A stretch of DNA of 64,000 nt. It comes from Candidatus Woesearchaeota archaeon (GTDB lineage: Archaea > Nanobdellota > Nanobdellia > Woesearchaeales > DSVV01). The position numbers were made by a program, and so were the translations under genes. Below are positions 60,342 through 64,000 of the stretch, one piece after another; position 1 is the first letter of the stretch; each line of letters opens with the position of its first letter. Location of the stretch: contig JACRPI010000020.1 in the NCBI GenBank assembly GCA_016214075.1, positions 55,917 through 119,916 on the forward strand, read 5' to 3'. The notes beneath the pieces were generated by a model. The model was not told the DNA's origin. It saw only the letters and a program-made list of their open reading frames with translations, and did not search any database.

Positions 60342-60662
60342 GTAGGGTGTCACGGTGTTATCGGAAACAACTCTGAAACGGGTTGTTCCTGAGGAAAGTC
60401 CGTCCATCACAAAAAGGCGACCTACGGAAGTAGGATCTTGAAAAAGATGGCAACCACACAGAAACGCACTCCTTTGCGATAATGGAATGACGCACGCGAC
60501 GTCTTTGGTAACAGAGATAAGTAAGCTGCTGACGTCTCGCAGAGTGAAGATGAAACGGTGAGCCCTTGCTGATGCAAGTTCGTTTTGAACGCTGAGTAGA
60601 ATACACTGACCACTTGTTCATGTTTCGTGAAAGTGCACAGAAGACGGCTTATGGCACCCTAC
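60342..60662 (+). ncRNA. rnpB: RNase P RNA
   Basis: P1 GTAGGGTGTC/GGCACCCTAC; GAGGAAAGTCC; ACAGAAAC; GAAACGG; GATGCAAG; ACAGAAGACGGCTTA; P2 CGGTGT/ACACTG; P3 hairpin. Confidence 0.93.
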
Positions 60663-60669
60663 TTTTTTT

Positions 60670-61155
60670 CTATTCTTTTCTAAAATTAGAAACAGTTACT
60701 GCTCCTTCTTTCCACCAGCACGCGTTCATTGTTTTTTCTGTACAGCATTCAGAAAATGTTGTTGCTCTCTTGACATCATCAATAGACCAGAGCGTGATGT
60801 CCTGTGTTCCGTCTTCTGCTTCCTCTCCAATATAATGATAATCTGTTATTTGAAATGGAGTTTCAAGATTATTTCTGAGTTCTTCAAGTACTTCTTCTGT
60901 CGCGACAAGGGTGTCTGCTTCTTTTTCTGCTCCAATAGCCATGCCTAAATCAGAACACGAAGTGCAGGTATCTTGGATGATGATGACGCGAAGATTATTA
61001 TTTTCATCCATGACCGGGACGAAATAATCGTATTGGAATATATCTTCTGCATATGGTTCAAAAAACTCATTATAACGAATTTGCGTTGGACAGGATATTT
61101 CTGTACAACTTGAAACAAGGAAGAATAATACCAAGAGCAGGAGGAGTTTTTTCAT
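60670..61155 (-). CDS. Secreted/lipoprotein-like acidic hypothetical protein
   Basis: MKK + hydrophobic core + LVSSC lipobox-like; several Cys. Confidence 0.75.
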   Translation of the reverse strand: MKKLLLLLVLFFLVSSCTEISCPTQIRYNEFFEPYAEDIFQYDYFVPVMDENNNLRVIIIQDTCTSCSDLGMAIGAEKEADTLVATEEVLEELRNNLETPFQITDYHYIGEEAEDGTQDITLWSIDDVKRATTFSECCTEKTMNACWWKEGAVTVSNFRKE

Positions 61156-61250
61156 TTATGGTTTTCTCTTTCTTTTGTTTACATACTTTTCTGTTCTTTA
61201 TTGGCCACTCACTAATAAAATTTATAAACCTCCTTCTTCGCCAAGATGTT

Positions 61251-61424
61251 ATGGCACAAAATAGAATCAACCTTCCTTCTGGGACTGGAGGACTTGTTCG
61301 TTATTTTGACGATTATAGAAGCAAAATCAGCATTCAGCCTGTTCATATTATCTTTCTTATTGTTCTTCTTATTTTTGTTATTATTTTACTTCATATCTTT
61401 GGCACGGCATTGCTCGGATTTTAG
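61251..61424 (+). CDS. secG: Preprotein translocase Sec61-beta/SecG
   Basis: PSGTGGLVRYFDD..KISIQP followed by one TM helix. Confidence 0.9.
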   Translation: MAQNRINLPSGTGGLVRYFDDYRSKISIQPVHIIFLIVLLIFVIILLHIFGTALLGF

Positions 61425-61433
61425 GTGATTTCT

Positions 61434-61793
61434 ATGTTTCCTGGCGGTAAAATTGATCCACGCATGATGAAACAAGCAATGCGTAAAATGGGTATTGAAG
61501 AAAAAGAACTTGCAGGTGTTCAAGAAGTTATTATTCGTTTTTCTGACAAAGAAATTGTCGTTTCTCCTGTTGCTGTTTCTCAAATCAGCGCAATGGGTAA
61601 TGTCAGTTGGCAAGTGCAGGGAAAAGCAACAGAACGGCCTCTTGACACAAAGCCTTCTATCTCTGACGATGATGTTCGTGTGGTGATGGAACAGACCGGC
61701 GCTGACGCAGAAGCTGCACGCGGCGCGATTGACGCTGCTGGCGGAGATCTCGCTGCCGCGATTCTTGAATTGAGCAAAAAGGATGAAGAGTAA
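61434..61793 (+). CDS. nac: Nascent polypeptide-associated complex protein (aNAC)
   Basis: PRMMKQAMRKMGI; C-terminal UBA (DDVRVVMEQTG..GDLAAAIL). Confidence 0.95.
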   Translation: MFPGGKIDPRMMKQAMRKMGIEEKELAGVQEVIIRFSDKEIVVSPVAVSQISAMGNVSWQVQGKATERPLDTKPSISDDDVRVVMEQTGADAEAARGAIDAAGGDLAAAILELSKKDEE

Positions 61794-61857
61794 TTAGTTT
61801 GCATTTCTTTTGCACCTTAGAAAAAATAAATAAAAAAACCAAGAAAAAACAAAAAAC

Positions 61858-62139
61858 TTATTCTCCGCCTTCATGAACATCTTCTGGATTGTAGTTTGGC
61901 ACTGCTGCTTTGCTGACAATCATAATGTCACCCATATTCTTGACCAATGCATGCGGGACAATAACTCCTTTCGCGTTTCCAAGAATTTTGTTGAGGAAGG
62001 AATTTTTTGTACTGCGAATTCGCCAGCCAAAAATCTTGTTATTGGTCAGAATGGATTCTTCAACATCACCAAAATATTCTCCTGTATCGGTAAACACTTT
62101 CATCTCGTAGGTATCTGTTATTCGCTTCATTTTTAACAT
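61858..62139 (-). CDS. PRC-barrel protein (CdpB-like)
   Basis: KVFTDTGEYFGDV..VIVPHALVKNMGDIMIV. Confidence 0.85.
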   Translation of the reverse strand: MLKMKRITDTYEMKVFTDTGEYFGDVEESILTNNKIFGWRIRSTKNSFLNKILGNAKGVIVPHALVKNMGDIMIVSKAAVPNYNPEDVHEGGE

Positions 62140-62269
62140 GGTCGCTCCCTCCTTTTTCTCTGTTTTCTTTACTGCTGAGATAGTGAATTTCTTGTTTTGA
62201 TCACTCTTCTCTAATGGTAAATCTTATCAAACTACAAACTATATAAGTATATAAAGTTTTTTGATTTGG

Positions 62270-62983
62270 ATGAAACTGAAATTTACGCAGGTTGGCAACG
62301 TTGTTCTTGTCGGAACATCGCACATTGCTTCGGAAAGCGTCAAAAATGTCGCTGCGGTGATCGATCATTTTGCCCTCGTAGGATCTTGCGTTGTGGGTGT
62401 TGAGCTGGACAAACAGCGGTTTTATTCTTTGGTTCATGAACAGAAAAAGACGTCCTCCTTTTCCTTTGAGAACATTCGTCGTTTTGGATTTAAGGGGTTT
62501 ATTTTTGCAGTGATTGCTTCGACGGTGACTGAGCGGCTTGCGAAAATGGTTGGCGCAAAGCCAGGTGATGACATGATGAGCGCTATTAAGGCTGCAAAAA
62601 AACATGATTTTCTTATTGCATTGATTGATCAGCCGATTCATATTACACTTCGTCGATTTTCTCAGACATTGACTTGGAAAGAGAAATGGCATTTTATTGT
62701 CGATATTTTCTTCGGGTTCTTTTTTCCAAAACGCGAAATGAAGAAATATGGGCTTGCGTCGTTTGATTTGTCCAAAGTTCCTCCTGAAACATTGATCAAG
62801 AAGTTATTGCTTGGGGTGGAACAGCGGTATCCGAACATTTATCGTGTTTTGATTTCTGAGCGGAATGTGTTTATGGCTCGTAAGATTCGGCAATTTCAAG
62901 AGAAATATCCTGATCGTGTGATCATTGTGGTCATCGGCGCAGGGCATGAGGATGGGATTAAGGAGTTGTTGAGTAAAGGATAA
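62270..62983 (+). CDS. TraB family protein
   Basis: LVGTSHI, VELDKQR, PGDDM, LIDQP, LISERN, VIGAGH. Confidence 0.92.
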   Translation: MKLKFTQVGNVVLVGTSHIASESVKNVAAVIDHFALVGSCVVGVELDKQRFYSLVHEQKKTSSFSFENIRRFGFKGFIFAVIASTVTERLAKMVGAKPGDDMMSAIKAAKKHDFLIALIDQPIHITLRRFSQTLTWKEKWHFIVDIFFGFFFPKREMKKYGLASFDLSKVPPETLIKKLLLGVEQRYPNIYRVLISERNVFMARKIRQFQEKYPDRVIIVVIGAGHEDGIKELLSKG

Positions 62984-62991
62984 GTTCTATT

Positions 62992-63888
62992 CTATTTTCT
63001 TTCTGTTATTTGTTCTTGTAAGGGGATTGGGATATAAAGTCGTGGTGCTACAAGCTTTCCTACTGCACAACCTCCTCCCAAATATGGTCCCTCATCAAGA
63101 AATCGTACTCTTGTTTCCCTCATTCTTTCCCCTTCTTTTCGTTCTATATTATCTAAAAAGACGTTTTCTTCTTCATCTGTGTTTGGCATTGGTTCTATCA
63201 TTAAACCCGCAGGATGATATCCTTCGGGGTCTCTGTTTACCCATTCTAAAACAATTCCTGTTTTGATATATGGTCTTTCTATCATCGGTTCTGTTTGTGC
63301 AACTATTTCTTGAATCATTTTAGTAATTGGTTCCCATGGATTATGTTTTAGTTCTCTTTTGTACCACTCTTCTCCATATTCAAGTATTCTAAGAACTTCA
63401 TCTGCTCGTGCAATTATTGCTGCTTTTTCTCTTCTTGAATATGTGCTTTTTCTGACAACATAAAAGTTTGTTCCATCTTGCCCCCTTACAACAGCATTAT
63501 AGTGCGCAAATAATATATCCTCTTGATAGAATAAGAGGTTTTCTCTTATCATTGCTTTTCCTTTTTCAGTGTTTTTGTCTATATTATACCTTTCTCCTTC
63601 TTCTCCAAGTATATTTTCTAATACCCATAATCCTTCAAGATCTCTTTTTCCGAATGCTAACGCAAATACTCCTGTTAATCCCCCTGCTTCTTCATAATCT
63701 CTAAGAACACCCATTTCTCCGCCAGTACAATACTTAAATAATTCTCTTTGTAACCTAAAAAATGCTTCTTCTCTTTTTTCTTCTTCTCTAAACTCTTCTT
63801 CTGTGAGAACACGTTTTCTGTGTACTCTGTCGATAGGTCTTGTTGACGTTACTATCTCTGCAGTAATAGATTCTGGATCATCTGTCAT
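62992..63888 (-). CDS. Hypothetical acidic protein
   Basis: 298-aa ORF; no family recognised. Confidence 0.7.
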   Translation of the reverse strand: MTDDPESITAEIVTSTRPIDRVHRKRVLTEEEFREEEKREEAFFRLQRELFKYCTGGEMGVLRDYEEAGGLTGVFALAFGKRDLEGLWVLENILGEEGERYNIDKNTEKGKAMIRENLLFYQEDILFAHYNAVVRGQDGTNFYVVRKSTYSRREKAAIIARADEVLRILEYGEEWYKRELKHNPWEPITKMIQEIVAQTEPMIERPYIKTGIVLEWVNRDPEGYHPAGLMIEPMPNTDEEENVFLDNIERKEGERMRETRVRFLDEGPYLGGGCAVGKLVAPRLYIPIPLQEQITERK

Positions 63889-64000
63889 TCTTAGTCAGGT
63901 TTGTTCTTTCTTTCTTAAATCTTCTTTCTCTTTTCCATCAAGAAAGCAAGTTTTATATATCTCATTTTCTCAAAAATCACATCTATGGTTGATTACGCTG

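Overview
Archaeal chromosomal window, most consistent with a DPANN lineage (Woesearchaeota-like, inferred from gene content; not confirmed by search). Evidence: archaeal rpoH-B''-B'-A'-A''-L30e-nusA-S12-S7 cluster, class I CCA enzyme, Cdc48, NAC, Sec61-beta, PRC-barrel protein and many short orphans. RNA genes: tRNA-Asp(GUC) with a 31-nt intron, tRNA-Lys(UUU) and a 321-nt RNase P RNA. Accessory content: partial pyrimidine cluster (pyrD-pyrE-pyrF-GNAT-pyrC), three-gene split ATP-citrate-lyase-like system, three paralogues ending in a PEP-utiliser phospho-His domain, two HIT paralogues lacking the catalytic His, a dipeptide epimerase and four PIN toxin-antitoxin modules. Strongest unexplained signals: (1) five tandem 55-60 aa, strongly basic Gly/Lys/Ser/Thr-rich micro-ORFs at 56528-57494, three absent from the ORF track; (2) a five-copy intergenic element with a covarying hairpin and a fixed GGGTCCCCCTGA/GGTGCGT signature; (3) a transposase-less pair of IS200/IS605-type ends, each nested in a 14-bp inverted repeat, read through by a vapC gene. 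All calls come from reading motifs by eye; no database searches were run.
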